DNA of 64,000 nt, from assembly GCA_965140585.1 (NCBI GenBank), contig OZ223269.1, positions 715,542 through 779,541 of the forward strand. Reading direction: 5' to 3'. Position 1 is the first letter of the stretch; each line of letters opens with the position of its first letter. Shown here one piece after another: positions 1 through 10,783 of the stretch. The notes under the pieces were generated by a model. That model was not told the origin of the DNA, made no database searches, and saw nothing but the letters and a program-made list of their open reading frames with translations. This DNA comes from Spirochaetia bacterium. Lineage in GTDB: Bacteria; Spirochaetota; Spirochaetia; UBA9216. A program made the translations under genes and the position numbers.

Positions 1-339
1 CTTCCACTACAGAAACAACTTCAGGAGTAATAAGCATTGGCCTGGTCAGCTTATCTCCGCCATGAACGAGCCGATGGCCGACAGCATCAATTTCAGAAAT
101 ATCTTTTAGTATGCCTGTATCATCGGAGGTAAGCAGATTCAATACTGTCTCAAGTCCCTGTTTGTGATTTTCAACATTAATATTAAATTCCTTCTTAAAA
201 ACCGAAGTTTCAATCTTGATAACGCTGTTGTTTCCAACCCTGTCAACCAGCCCTTTACAGATGGTCTGCTCATTATCCATTTTGAATATCTGGAATTTTA
301 TTGAAGTGCTCCCGCTGTTAATTATAAGAATTTTCAAAT
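1..339 (-). CDS. ackA: Acetate/propionate kinase family protein, N-terminal part (gene continues past the window start)
   Basis: Reverse-strand translation from TTG at 339..337 (RBS GGAGG 6 nt upstream) gives LKILIINSGSTSIKFQIF...VGHRLVHGGDK. These are the acetate kinase N-terminal ATP-binding and GHRVVHGG motifs. Not in the ORF track because it runs off the window edge. Confidence 0.7.
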
Positions 340-489
340 AATGCCTCCTGTTTGAAAAAAACTCAAAATCACATTATAATTAAGTATTAGTTAAATTTCG
401 TTATCTTTTCCTTGTTAAAAAATACTATTATAGGTTATATTATTATACAAGGTAAATATAGGTTAAATTATACACTTTAGGAGTTTAAT

Positions 490-1356
490 ATGAGTTCACA
501 TCCGGAAGCAACAAAAAAATTGCTCGCTGCTGATCTTCAGAAGATGAAAGACGACGGCGAAAAGATATCAATGATCACTGCTTATAATTATCCACAGGCA
601 ATGGTTGTTGATGAAGCAGGAATCGACATTATCCTGGTGGGTGATTCACTGGGCATGGTTGAACTTGGCTACAAAGACACTGTTCCTGTAACCATGGATG
701 AAATGCTGATGCATACCAAGGCTGTTATGAGGGCTGTAAATAGAGCTCACGTAGTAGGTGACCTTCCTTTTATGTCATACAATATCTCAAATGAACAGGC
801 TGTAACCAATGCAGGTATCCTTTATAAGGATGGGCTTTGCGATTCTATCAAGTTCGAAGGCGGCCAGGATTTTGCACCTACAGCTGCCGCAATAACCAAG
901 GCTGGTATCCCGGTTTTTGCACATATCGGACTTACTCCTCAGACAGCTGCCACAATGGGCGGTTTCAAGGTTCAGGGTAAATCACTTGATGCTGCAAAAT
1001 CAGTGCTTGATGATGCTCTTGCAATGCAGGACGCAGGTGCTTTTGCAATCATTCTTGAAGCTATTCCCCAGCAGCTTGCTGCAATAATTACAGAACAGCT
1101 TACTATTCCTACAGTTGGTATCGGAGCAGGTCCTTCATGTGCAGGACAGGTTCTTGTTTATCATGACCTTCTCGGACTCTTTAAGAGATTTACTCCGAAG
1201 TTTGTAAAGGTTTATGCTGATATGTATACACCTCAGGTTAATGCTGTTAAGGAATTTATCGGTGAAGTTAAGGATGTAAAATTTCCTACAAACGACCACA
1301 GTTTCAACATGAAAGCCGAAGCAGTTGAAGAACTGAAAAAGGCACTGGGGCTTTAA
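490..1356 (+). CDS. panB: 3-methyl-2-oxobutanoate hydroxymethyltransferase (ketopantoate hydroxymethyltransferase)
   Basis: 288 aa. ITAYNYP...ILVGDSLGMV...GY..T.PVT motif region is typical of PanB. RBS AGGAG lies upstream. Confidence 0.9.
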   Translation: MSSHPEATKKLLAADLQKMKDDGEKISMITAYNYPQAMVVDEAGIDIILVGDSLGMVELGYKDTVPVTMDEMLMHTKAVMRAVNRAHVVGDLPFMSYNISNEQAVTNAGILYKDGLCDSIKFEGGQDFAPTAAAITKAGIPVFAHIGLTPQTAATMGGFKVQGKSLDAAKSVLDDALAMQDAGAFAIILEAIPQQLAAIITEQLTIPTVGIGAGPSCAGQVLVYHDLLGLFKRFTPKFVKVYADMYTPQVNAVKEFIGEVKDVKFPTNDHSFNMKAEAVEELKKALGL

Positions 1357-1357
1357 T

Positions 1358-2263
1358 ATGTCAGCTGTATTGATTAAGGGAACAGATATACGGGAAGAGA
1401 TTCTCGCTGAATTAAGGGCAGAAACTGCAGAGCTTAAAGAGAAGTACGGAAAAGTTCCGGGTCTCGTTACTATTCTTATTGGTGAAAACCCGGCTTCCAT
1501 CTCCTATGTAACCCTTAAGATCAAGACAGCACAGAGTCTCGGTTATAATGAAATTCAGGACACACGGTCTGAAGATATAACCGAGGCTGAATTACTTGAA
1601 TTAATTGATAAATATAATAAGGATGAAAATATTCACGGAATCCTTGTTCAGCTACCTCTTCCAAAACATATAGATGAAAAGAAGGTTCTGAACGCTATCG
1701 ATCCTGATAAGGATGTCGATGGATTTCATCCTGTAAATGTCGGACGGCTTATGATTGGCGGTGATGAGGTGAAATATCCGCCATGTACTCCTGCAGCAAT
1801 TCAGGAGATGATTATCCGTTCCGGTGTTGAAACTAAAGGAGCTGAAGTTGTAGTAGTAGGGCGCTCCAATATTGTTGGAAAGCCGATAGCCAATATGATG
1901 CTGCAAAAAGGTGCAGGGGCTAATTCTACTGTGACAGTTGTGCATACCGGTACCAAGAACCTGGCTGAACACTGCCTGAGGGCAGATATTCTGATAGTTG
2001 CAGCTGGAGTTCCTGGACTGGTTAAGCCGCAATGGATTAAAAAAGGAGCATGTGTTATTGATGTTGGAGTAAACAGAGTAGGTGAAAAAATCAGTGAAAA
2101 AACCGGAAAGAAAATAGCAGTTCTTAAGGGTGACGTTGATTTCGAAGAAGCCTCTCAGATTGCCGGATATATTACCCCCGTACCCGGCGGTGTAGGTCCC
2201 ATGACAATAACAATGCTTATGAAGAATACTTTAAAATCATTCAAATACGCATTGAGGTTATAA
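1358..2263 (+). CDS. folD: Bifunctional methylenetetrahydrofolate dehydrogenase/methenyl-THF cyclohydrolase
   Basis: 301 aa. Aligns along its full length with E. coli FolD ([51 protein letters not shown]). Start is 2 nt after the panB stop. Confidence 0.9.
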   Translation: MSAVLIKGTDIREEILAELRAETAELKEKYGKVPGLVTILIGENPASISYVTLKIKTAQSLGYNEIQDTRSEDITEAELLELIDKYNKDENIHGILVQLPLPKHIDEKKVLNAIDPDKDVDGFHPVNVGRLMIGGDEVKYPPCTPAAIQEMIIRSGVETKGAEVVVVGRSNIVGKPIANMMLQKGAGANSTVTVVHTGTKNLAEHCLRADILIVAAGVPGLVKPQWIKKGACVIDVGVNRVGEKISEKTGKKIAVLKGDVDFEEASQIAGYITPVPGGVGPMTITMLMKNTLKSFKYALRL

Positions 2264-2265
2264 TT

Positions 2266-4029
2266 ATGAAACTTGATCCGACTAAGATGAAGGACTGGGA
2301 GATTGCAGAAGCAGCTGAAAAGGATATGAAGACAGTCTATCAGCTTGCTGAAGAACTGAATCTGGATAAAATGGAGATTCTTCCGTATGGTCACTTCCTT
2401 GGTAAACTGGATTACAACGCTATTCTTGAGCGACTGAAAGATAAACCGGATGGAAAATACATCGAAGTTACGGCAATAAATCCTACTCCGCTTGGCGAAG
2501 GAAAGACAACTACAACCATGGGACTGGTTGAAGGACTTGGAAAGATTGGTAAATCTGTCTGCGGAGCCATCAGGCAGCCTTCAGGCGGACCTACATTCAA
2601 CATTAAGGGTTCAGCCGCTGGAGGCGGACTTGCACAATGTGTACCTCTTACCGAGTTTAGTCTCGGACTTACCGGCGATATAGACGCCATTACTAATGCA
2701 CACAACCTGGCTATGGTTGCTCTTACCAGCCGAATTCAGCATGAATTCAACTACGGCGATGATGTGCTTGATAAAAAGAATCTAAAAAGACTTGATATAG
2801 ATCCAAGAAATCCTGCAATAGGATGGGCTATAGATTTTTCAGCCCAGGCACTCCGGGAAATAATAATAGGACTCGGCGGAAAGATGGACGGATTTATGAT
2901 GAAAAGCGGTTTTCAGATAACTGTTTCATCAGAAATTATGGCCATACTTGCTGTTGCCAAAGATCTTAAGGATATGCGGGAACGCATAGGTAAGATGATT
3001 ATCGGTTACAACAAGAAAGGTGAAGCTGTTACTGCTGATGATCTTGAAGTAGGGGGAGCCATGACTGCCCTGATGGCACGGGCAATCAACCCGAACATCA
3101 TGCAGACTATCGAAGGTCAGCCTGTACTTGTTCATGCAGGCCCTTTTGCAAATATTGCGATCGGCCAGTCATCAATTATAGCTGACCGTGTGGGACTTAA
3201 ACTCTGTGATTACCATGTAACAGAGAGCGGTTTCGGTGCAGATATCGGTTTTGAGAAGTTCTGGAACCTTAAATGCCGGTTCTCAGGGCTTGTTCCGAAC
3301 TGTTCAGTGATTGTGTGTACAGTAAGAGCTTTAAAGATGCACGGAGGAGGTCCAAAGGTTGTTCCGGGCAAACCTCTCGATAAGGCATATACTGAAGAGA
3401 ATATTGAACTGGTTGAAAAAGGACTTGAAAACCTTCTTGCCCATATTGCAACCGTCAGAAAGAGCGGTGTACCTGCAGTTGTATGTATAAACCACTTTTA
3501 TACTGATACTGATAAGGAAATTGAGGTCATCAGGGAAGCCTGTAAGAAAGCCGGTGCCAGGGTTGCCTTATCAAAACACTGGGAAAAAGGCGGTGAAGGC
3601 GCGGTTGAACTTGCAAATGCAGTTGTCGAAGCCTGTGAAGAAAAGCCGGATTTTAAATTCCTTTATGAAGATTCTACTCCTCTTAAGGATAGAATTGAGC
3701 TTATTGCTACCCAGGTTTACGGCGCCGATGGTGTGAGCTACAGTGCTGAAGCTGCTGCCAAGCTGGAAAAGATTCAGAATGACAGTGCCTTGAACGGTCT
3801 GGGAACCTGTATGGTTAAGACCCATCTGTCATTGTCGCACGACCCGACTCTGAAAGGCCGCCCGAAAGGCTGGACGCTCCCGATAAGTGATATACTTGTA
3901 TACCAGGGAGCAGGGTTTATTGTCCCTGTTGCCGGAGGTATTAAGCTTATGCCCGGTACTGCCTCGGATCCTGCATTCAGGCAGATCGATGTCGATACAG
4001 ATACCGGACGTGTAAAAGGCCTTTTTTAA
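2266..4029 (+). CDS. fhs: Formate--tetrahydrofolate ligase
   Basis: 587 aa with the [12 protein letters not shown]-loop region and overall Fhs architecture. Together with panB and folD it forms a one-carbon cluster. Confidence 0.9.
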   Translation: MKLDPTKMKDWEIAEAAEKDMKTVYQLAEELNLDKMEILPYGHFLGKLDYNAILERLKDKPDGKYIEVTAINPTPLGEGKTTTTMGLVEGLGKIGKSVCGAIRQPSGGPTFNIKGSAAGGGLAQCVPLTEFSLGLTGDIDAITNAHNLAMVALTSRIQHEFNYGDDVLDKKNLKRLDIDPRNPAIGWAIDFSAQALREIIIGLGGKMDGFMMKSGFQITVSSEIMAILAVAKDLKDMRERIGKMIIGYNKKGEAVTADDLEVGGAMTALMARAINPNIMQTIEGQPVLVHAGPFANIAIGQSSIIADRVGLKLCDYHVTESGFGADIGFEKFWNLKCRFSGLVPNCSVIVCTVRALKMHGGGPKVVPGKPLDKAYTEENIELVEKGLENLLAHIATVRKSGVPAVVCINHFYTDTDKEIEVIREACKKAGARVALSKHWEKGGEGAVELANAVVEACEEKPDFKFLYEDSTPLKDRIELIATQVYGADGVSYSAEAAAKLEKIQNDSALNGLGTCMVKTHLSLSHDPTLKGRPKGWTLPISDILVYQGAGFIVPVAGGIKLMPGTASDPAFRQIDVDTDTGRVKGLF

Positions 4030-4050
4030 TTTCTATTAAAATACATTGAA

Positions 4051-4090
4051 TATTTATCAGCCGGAGCAATGAACCGCTCCGGCTTTTTTT
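4051..4090 (+). terminator. Rho-independent terminator (GCCGGAGC-loop-GCTCCGGC + T8). The sequence is repeated at 6328..6363
   Basis: Perfect 8-bp GC-rich stem, 8-nt loop and a U-tract directly after the fhs stop. Confidence 0.7.
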
Positions 4091-4167
4091 TATTATTTTT
4101 TAGAGCATTTTATCCGTAAATTGAATAAATACTTTCAATAAGTTGATTATAAAACGGAGATTAAAAA

Positions 4168-5640
4168 ATGAGAAAACTTTTACTATTGCTGACAGCGATA
4201 ACTTTGCTGTTCCTGTTCTACAGCTGTCCGACTGGATTGGTTGATACCCCTGAAGATGATGATACAGAAGAAACAGTTTCACGGAATGATGTAACTATTT
4301 TATCAAGTACGTACAGTGATGAAACGGCTGTTATCTTTTACACCGAACCTTCAGATTCTGATTTCTACGCTACTGAGCTGACATTTACACCAACAGTATC
4401 TGGAATTTCGCAGCCTATTGAAATAAAAAAAGGTGAAAGTCTGCTTAGCGGTACTACATCTTTAGGCTATCTGGCAGATTTGAGCAACGATACTGAATAT
4501 ACTCTTACTCTTACCGCTGTTTACAGTGATGATTCAAGTGCCGCCGGAGTTTCGGCTAAAGTTACGCCAATAGCAGATGTCTATCCTCCTGAAAATCTTA
4601 CAGCAGTCAGGGGAGATCAAGAAGTTACTCTAAGCTGGGATGAACCCGCTGATAATAACTGGTTTTATATTAACTTTGAGTTTACACCTGAAGACGGAGG
4701 CTATGAACAACCCTTTGCAATTTTTTCTTCTGAAACAGAATATACTATTGATGGTCTTACAAACGGAACAGAATACACATTTAATGTTTATGCATCAGAT
4801 TTTTTCGATCTTGAATCATCTAAGGTTGAAATCACATCAACACCATCAGCTGATCTTAATCCTCCAGCACTTACTGCTTCATCAGTATTTCTAATAGATG
4901 TTGATATGGATGAGGGGGAACTGGCGGGCACATGTGAAATTGAAATGGCAGCCGATGAAAGTGATATTGAACGTTACAAGCTTTACTGGGGCTCTTCTGA
5001 GACAGTGAAGCTTGATGAGACTGCAATTACATCCATCGATAAAACTGGAGCTGATTTAGAGTATACGTTCTCAGAGAATACGGCCGTACCTTCAGGCGCA
5101 GCATACCTGCTTGTATATACAGAGAATGGGGATGGCGAAACAGCCGTTCCGTTTGCATATGAGCTGAAGGATTTTATTGTAACGCAGGAACCGTATACCG
5201 GTACATTTAATTATCCTGTTGAGATATCTGGAAGTTATTATTCAACAAGATATCCGGATTTGGGAATATTTGAATGGGATGGCACAGATTTCACAGCTAT
5301 GGCAAGTCCTTCTGTAGCCTGGGCTTCTTCTCCCGAAGGATTATCGGCTTTTGGAAACGATTTGATGTTTTGTGCGAGTGATGGCACTTCATCAAGGTTA
5401 TGGAGACTGGATCCTGATGCTGGTACTGCAGGATATATATCCGGTATTGACTCAACATGTCTACCTGGAATTGATTTTGATGGCAGATATTTCTTTTCGA
5501 TGGAAGATCCCACAATAGGTAAATCCTTGTACAGCTGTGACAGTTCAGGAACTGTAGAATTGATTTATGATTGTGATGTGAGCAGCGATTCACAGAGCAC
5601 ATATACTTTATGTGAATTTGATTCAAAACTATTTTTATAG
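4168..5640 (+). CDS. Exported lipoprotein with fibronectin-III-like and ELWxxDGT-type repeats. Probably the N-terminal part of a frameshift-split gene
   Basis: Signal peptide with lipobox (LFLFYSC). Fn3-like segments (LSWDEP...TEYTF). Repeats such as SSRLWRLDPDAG. The ORF ends at a T5 run and the next ORF continues in another frame. Confidence 0.6.
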   Translation: MRKLLLLLTAITLLFLFYSCPTGLVDTPEDDDTEETVSRNDVTILSSTYSDETAVIFYTEPSDSDFYATELTFTPTVSGISQPIEIKKGESLLSGTTSLGYLADLSNDTEYTLTLTAVYSDDSSAAGVSAKVTPIADVYPPENLTAVRGDQEVTLSWDEPADNNWFYINFEFTPEDGGYEQPFAIFSSETEYTIDGLTNGTEYTFNVYASDFFDLESSKVEITSTPSADLNPPALTASSVFLIDVDMDEGELAGTCEIEMAADESDIERYKLYWGSSETVKLDETAITSIDKTGADLEYTFSENTAVPSGAAYLLVYTENGDGETAVPFAYELKDFIVTQEPYTGTFNYPVEISGSYYSTRYPDLGIFEWDGTDFTAMASPSVAWASSPEGLSAFGNDLMFCASDGTSSRLWRLDPDAGTAGYISGIDSTCLPGIDFDGRYFFSMEDPTIGKSLYSCDSSGTVELIYDCDVSSDSQSTYTLCEFDSKLFL

Positions 5641-5657
5641 GTATTGATTCTACAGGT

Positions 5658-6305
5658 ATGGAACAACTTTATGTATGTGAGGATGATGATAATGACGGAA
5701 ACTATACGATTACCCAGATAAGCTCCTTCTCAGATACAGCATTTAGAATAGATATTTATCAATTTTTTATTAAGGATGGAGTTCTATATTTTCTGGGAGG
5801 TCCTGATAGCTGGTATAATTTATTCAGCTGGGATGGTGTTAGTATAAATCAGGAAACTTTATTTACTAATCCGAGCCGTATTGCAGAATCTGCTATAGAA
5901 GGAAGCCGGATGATTGAAAGCTATGCAAATAATATCTATTTTTCAGCCGGAAGTACATCCGATGGAGTAGAACTTTGGGTTTATGATGGTTTATCAGAGT
6001 CAATTGCCTATGATTTTTTTGATGCCGGTGAAGGTTTGTATACCTTTGGTGGTTATCCAATGGGGTTGAAGGGGCATGATGGCTATTTATTTTTCCAGGC
6101 TTATAAGGAAGGTTCGGGTAATATGCTCTATCTTTATGATGGAATAAATACACCGGTAGGATTGATTGATACAAATGTAGATGACAATACTTCTTCAATA
6201 ACTTATACAATGCCATTTACTGTAATTGATGATGATATGGTTTTTATGGATTTTACATCCGAAGATAATATTGATTTTTACCGTCTTACTATCGAGCAAT
6301 TTTAA
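5658..6305 (+). CDS. ELWxxDGT-repeat protein segment. Probably the C-terminal continuation of 4168..5640 after a frameshift
   Basis: Repeats such as VELWVYDGLSES. No signal peptide of its own. The frame is open from 5622, overlapping the upstream ORF's end. Confidence 0.5.
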   Translation: MEQLYVCEDDDNDGNYTITQISSFSDTAFRIDIYQFFIKDGVLYFLGGPDSWYNLFSWDGVSINQETLFTNPSRIAESAIEGSRMIESYANNIYFSAGSTSDGVELWVYDGLSESIAYDFFDAGEGLYTFGGYPMGLKGHDGYLFFQAYKEGSGNMLYLYDGINTPVGLIDTNVDDNTSSITYTMPFTVIDDDMVFMDFTSEDNIDFYRLTIEQF

Positions 6306-6327
6306 AGTGCTTTTTCACTAAAAAACA

Positions 6328-6363
6328 GATCAGCCGGAGCAATGAACCGCTCCGGCTTTTTTT
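6328..6363 (+). terminator. Rho-independent terminator, identical in sequence to 4056..4090
   Basis: ATCAGCCGGAGCAATGAACCGCTCCGGCTTTTTTT. A partial third occurrence of the leader (ATTTATCAGCC) follows at 6366..6376. Confidence 0.7.
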
Positions 6364-6431
6364 AACATTTATCAGCCCTGTTGACTATGAGCTGGATCGT
6401 GTGTATAGATAACGGTTAGACAGGAACATAG

Positions 6432-7976
6432 ATGAACGAAGACGCAGAATCAAATTACACCGAAGACGAAATAAATAACTGTATAAATATATTAAAAGCC
6501 CTCTCTGAAAATGCAGATCAGTTAGTTGCTATTCCCAGAGAAACACAGATTGAACTTCTAAAAGCGGCAGGCGCATTGTCCAAACCGGATCATACAGTTC
6601 TAAAGCAGAGAAAAAAAGCAGCCGCGAGAAAAAAACGGCAGGAGACTGTCGCTGATGAACGCGCTGCCCGTGCCGCAACCGGAATACGAAGCGCCCGTGA
6701 AAACATAGTGTTTTCGGCGCCGAGACAGCTGACCTGCGATGAAATTGTTACCGATAAAGACCTTGTTCTAAATTCCCCCCGCAACTGCTATGTATGCAAA
6801 AAAGAATACACTCGAATGCATTTCTTTTATGATGCGATGTGTCCTGAATGCGCCGAACTTAATTACTATAAAAGGTTTCAGACTGCAGATTTACGGGGGC
6901 AGGTTGCGGTTATTACTGGTTCCAGACTTAAAATTGGATATCAGGCAACTTTGATGCTTCTTAGGGCCGGTGCTGAGGTTGTTGCCACCACACGATTTCC
7001 TGTGGATTCCGCTATTCGGTATTCGAAAGAAGCTGATTTTACTGAATGGGGTCATCGTCTGCATGTCTACGGGCTTGATCTGCGTCACACCCCCAGTGTT
7101 GAACTTTTCTGTACTCATATTGCCGACAGGTTTGGACGGCTGGATATACTTATAAACAATGCTGCCCAGACAGTCCGGCGTCCGCCCGGCTTTTACCAGC
7201 ATCTGATGGGTAATGAATTAATGCCGCGGGAGGAGCTTCCTGAAAAAGTCCGAAGCCTTCTTTTTGATTATGAATCCTGCCTTAACCGGATTGAAACATT
7301 TTCACACAGCAGTCATTCAGATGATGCTATTGTTCCGGTGTCCTGGGAGGCCAGAATTCCAGGCCTTGGGATGATTGAATCGGCCAGATTATCGCAGATC
7401 CCGTACGCGTATGAAGACAATCATGAAGTTGAAGCTGTTTTTCCTCAAGGCAAACTGGATGTCGACTTGCAGCAGGTTGATCTGCGAACAACAAACAGCT
7501 GGCGCCTTAAGCTTGGTGAGATTCAGACCTCGGAAATGCTGGAACTCCAGCTTATCAATGCTGTTGCCCCATTTGTACTATGCAATAGGCTTGTCCCTCT
7601 TATGAAAAAAGAAAATACCGGCTGCAAGCATATAATCAATGTTTCCGCCATGGAAGGCAAGTTTATGCGTTTTAAAAAAGGCGAGAGGCATCCGCATACC
7701 AATATGGCAAAAGCAGCGCTTAACATGCTTACGCACACATCCGCCAGCGAACTTGCTGAACATGGAATATATATGAATGCGGTTGATACAGGCTGGGTGA
7801 CTGATGAAGACCCGGCTCAGCTCGCGAAAAAGAAGCAGGAGCTGCACGATTTTCAGCCGCCTCTCGATATAGTAGACGGCGCTGCCCGTGTCTGTGATCC
7901 GCTTTTTGACGGTATAAATACAGGGCGGCACTGGTGTGGAATGTTTCTTAAAGACTACTTTCCGATTGACTGGTAA
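6432..7976 (+). CDS. SDR-family oxidoreductase with a ~150-aa N-terminal extension (basic stretch + Cys4 zinc ribbon)
   Basis: The Rossmann region begins at [19 protein letters not shown] (NNAG-type) motif present. NAVDTGWV sits where the PG motif would be. N-terminus carries [10 protein letters not shown] and C-x2-C...C-x2-C. Confidence 0.65.
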   Translation: MNEDAESNYTEDEINNCINILKALSENADQLVAIPRETQIELLKAAGALSKPDHTVLKQRKKAAARKKRQETVADERAARAATGIRSARENIVFSAPRQLTCDEIVTDKDLVLNSPRNCYVCKKEYTRMHFFYDAMCPECAELNYYKRFQTADLRGQVAVITGSRLKIGYQATLMLLRAGAEVVATTRFPVDSAIRYSKEADFTEWGHRLHVYGLDLRHTPSVELFCTHIADRFGRLDILINNAAQTVRRPPGFYQHLMGNELMPREELPEKVRSLLFDYESCLNRIETFSHSSHSDDAIVPVSWEARIPGLGMIESARLSQIPYAYEDNHEVEAVFPQGKLDVDLQQVDLRTTNSWRLKLGEIQTSEMLELQLINAVAPFVLCNRLVPLMKKENTGCKHIINVSAMEGKFMRFKKGERHPHTNMAKAALNMLTHTSASELAEHGIYMNAVDTGWVTDEDPAQLAKKKQELHDFQPPLDIVDGAARVCDPLFDGINTGRHWCGMFLKDYFPIDW

Positions 7977-8010
7977 ACTGACTGCCGGAACACAGCCGGC
8001 AGTCAGTAGA

Positions 8011-10719
8011 TTATTTTTCGGTAAGGTTGTATACACCATCCCAGTTTGCACGCGGCGGTTCCTTTATATATTTCTCACATCGATCAAGGTAATATAATGA
8101 AGGTCCGTCATCTGATGTAATTTTTAGAGCCTGTCTGAATAACTTTTCTGCTCCTGTCCAGTTTCTATCTTCAAAAGTAGTGAGTCCTTCTTCGAATATC
8201 TGAAGTAATTCCTTTTTCTCTTTTGTAAGCTGTGATTTTTCTTCAACCAGCTCATACAGCCGAACTGGAGTATTTATACCGACTACACGGACGCGGTCTA
8301 GTCTCCTTGTTGCAAACTCTTTACCGACGGCTTCATAGGTTGAATCACTTATAAGCAGCCAGGTTCCGTAGCGTTTGTTCACGCCTTCAAGTCTGGCCGC
8401 CAGATTGACAGCATTGCCCATCATAGTGTAATCCATCTTTTTGGCTGTCCCCATGTTTCCAACAACCATATCGCCAGTATTCAGTCCTATCCTGGTTAAC
8501 AGCGGATTTGGACTTAAATTTTTATCCTCAATTTTTTTATTCATTATCGCTTCAGCTCTCTTCATCTCAATTGAAGCCAGGCATGCCTTATAAGCATGAT
8601 CGGCAAAATCTGTAGGTGCCCCGAAGAATGAAATTATTGCATCACCTTCAAACTTATCAATTGTTCCATGCCTGTCCATAATAATGTCCGACATCTTTGT
8701 TAGATACATATTCAGAAGGTTTACTAAATCGGTTGGATCCATTGCTTCTGAAATTGTTGAAAATCCTTTGACGTCTGTAAAAAGAGCTGTAAGATTCTTT
8801 TTTTCACCGCCAAGATTCAGCTTTTCAGGATTATCCAATAGATCGTTTATAACCTCGTTTGACAAATACTGACCGAAGGCGCTTCTAATAAAGGTTTTTT
8901 CTTTGGATGTAGAAAGGAAGTTTACTATAGTAAGTATTACAAAACTGGATGAAATAGTCATAACAGGAGTAAGTACTGGAAAGTAATTTCCAGTTAAAGA
9001 GAAAACCAGCAGTCCGGAGAAAAATATGAAAATGATGAAACCGAAACCGGTTAGAATTGAAGGTACAGGGTTCAGCATTATCTTGATTCTATAGTAAATA
9101 AGGACAAGAATTACCGCCGCTATAATTGAAACCCATTGAGGGAGAATATCGACAAAATCATGATTAAGAAGAGCATTCGCAATTGATGCATGTGTACCAA
9201 CGTTATCATAGGTTGCATCGAATGGATTTACACCTCGATCAGTGGTCGCCGTGCCGGTCCATCCTAAATAGCATATCGCTCCATCAAGAGTCGACGAAAG
9301 AATTTCACGTGTCTTTATCAGATTGTTTAAAAGTTCGGCAGTTTCTGAAAAGCTGGTTTGGACTGATATCTTGATTTCTGAATATCGTTCTTTTTGAGCT
9401 TCCGGAACATTCGGTGAATCAAGAATCTGGTCAATTCGAGCCACTATACTATTTTCAGCATCACCACCAAGGAAGTTAGCTGTTTCAGTAAAGAAGTAAT
9501 CGCGTATGTGCTGATATTCACTGAACTCTTCAGTATCTCCTGATTCAAGCATATCGCTCTGCAATGACTGGGAGTAGTTATAAATATCAAGGATTGGCAT
9601 ATTCCCCTGATAGTAATTCAGATATCCGGCGTCTTTCATAATTTCAAGATTCTGAACAAGAAGGGTTTCCTGTCTTTTATGAAGTACTAAATAATAGTAG
9701 GAAAGCTGAGTAAAGCTTTCATCAAAATCCTTGCGGGGCCAGTTGATGACGAAATAACCATCTTTATCAAGGGGAATAACGAGATCTAGGCTTTCACCAT
9801 CAGGGAATACAGCATTTTTTAGTACAATCCTGTCTTTATCAGTCTCAATTTCAGGTTCGCCGAGTATCTTATATACGGCCTGAAAACTGAGCTGCGGAAA
9901 AAAAGTATTCTCATATTCCGCTATAAGATTTACTCTGCGTCTTACTCCGTCATTATCAATATGAACATTAGGGAATCCGAGACTCGCTGCATTCATGCTT
10001 ATCTGGTTTACCGCAGGCCGGATATCAATACCTCTTAAAAGTTTTGAATTTTCTTCAGCTCTAACCTTGATGCCCATATTTTCAATTATCCAGTCTTTTA
10101 AATCGGAAGAATATTCGTCCTCTTCCTGGTTGAGTATATTAATTGTAAAAAAGGAGTTTCCGAAATATGCAGCAGCCTGCCCGAAGTAGGTATCATTATC
10201 CCTTGCTACAGATTTTATTTTTTCATAAAGCTCACTTTTAGATGCTATACTCAGGTTATTAAGCTGGGCAACGTATTCAGATGCATCAGAAAGACTTATA
10301 TTTCCTGAGACTATTGCATTAAATAAACCTTCAGTATTACCTGTTATTTCTGCAAACTTTTCATCAAGCGATTTTGGAATTTCATTATATAGAAATTCAC
10401 TGTTCAGACCCATTGGGCTTTCTTCAGTGTACTCAATATCAAATACTGCATACTTAGCGCCCATTTCCTTCATAAGAATGAGGCCATCTGCCATGATTGC
10501 CCGGCTCCATGGAAACATCCCCACTTTTGCAATAGCAAGATCGTCAATATTAAGAAGAACGATGTTATCTTTCTCTTCCGGTCCTGGAGTCATTTTCATA
10601 TAGAGATCCATAAAAAAATGTTCACCATCCCTGTAGAAGGTAAAAATATTCATTAAAGAGAATAAGATTACGAAGGCCACAGGAATAAGAAAGGCTTTTT
10701 GCAGATGTTTTATATTCAT
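8011..10719 (-). CDS. Membrane-bound class III adenylate/guanylate cyclase with a CHASE2-like extracytoplasmic sensor region and a C-terminal TPR-like tail
   Basis: 902 aa. N-terminal TM helix, ~450-aa periplasmic region, then a multi-TM block. Cyclase core follows: FTDVKGFST...DKFEGDAIISFFGAP...GLNTGDMVVGNMG. Confidence 0.8.
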   Translation of the reverse strand: MNIKHLQKAFLIPVAFVILFSLMNIFTFYRDGEHFFMDLYMKMTPGPEEKDNIVLLNIDDLAIAKVGMFPWSRAIMADGLILMKEMGAKYAVFDIEYTEESPMGLNSEFLYNEIPKSLDEKFAEITGNTEGLFNAIVSGNISLSDASEYVAQLNNLSIASKSELYEKIKSVARDNDTYFGQAAAYFGNSFFTINILNQEEDEYSSDLKDWIIENMGIKVRAEENSKLLRGIDIRPAVNQISMNAASLGFPNVHIDNDGVRRRVNLIAEYENTFFPQLSFQAVYKILGEPEIETDKDRIVLKNAVFPDGESLDLVIPLDKDGYFVINWPRKDFDESFTQLSYYYLVLHKRQETLLVQNLEIMKDAGYLNYYQGNMPILDIYNYSQSLQSDMLESGDTEEFSEYQHIRDYFFTETANFLGGDAENSIVARIDQILDSPNVPEAQKERYSEIKISVQTSFSETAELLNNLIKTREILSSTLDGAICYLGWTGTATTDRGVNPFDATYDNVGTHASIANALLNHDFVDILPQWVSIIAAVILVLIYYRIKIMLNPVPSILTGFGFIIFIFFSGLLVFSLTGNYFPVLTPVMTISSSFVILTIVNFLSTSKEKTFIRSAFGQYLSNEVINDLLDNPEKLNLGGEKKNLTALFTDVKGFSTISEAMDPTDLVNLLNMYLTKMSDIIMDRHGTIDKFEGDAIISFFGAPTDFADHAYKACLASIEMKRAEAIMNKKIEDKNLSPNPLLTRIGLNTGDMVVGNMGTAKKMDYTMMGNAVNLAARLEGVNKRYGTWLLISDSTYEAVGKEFATRRLDRVRVVGINTPVRLYELVEEKSQLTKEKKELLQIFEEGLTTFEDRNWTGAEKLFRQALKITSDDGPSLYYLDRCEKYIKEPPRANWDGVYNLTEK

Positions 10720-10783
10720 AAAAAAATTATAATTTTTAGGTTTTCAAATTGCAAATCATTTTTGGTTACATACAATTAATAAT

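Noticed and set aside
1135-2394. Antisense ORFs of 79-126 aa (1135..1500, 1652..2032, 2155..2394) opposite panB and folD
   Set aside because: They lie wholly inside strongly supported conserved genes on the other strand, with no RBS or motif. Treated as spurious antisense frames. Similar small antisense or alternate-frame ORFs across the window, such as 13051..13479, 17868..18140 and 45001..45504, were rejected for the same reason.
4640-4894. His/Gln/Leu-rich 84-aa ORF in an alternate frame of the lipoprotein gene
   Set aside because: Low-complexity translation of an out-of-frame coding region with no independent start signals.
4051-6376. Possible CRISPR or other repeat array suggested by the identical 35-bp elements
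   Set aside because: Only two full copies and one partial, 2.3 kb apart, each forming a terminator hairpin at a gene's 3' end. There is no regular repeat-spacer structure and there are no cas genes.
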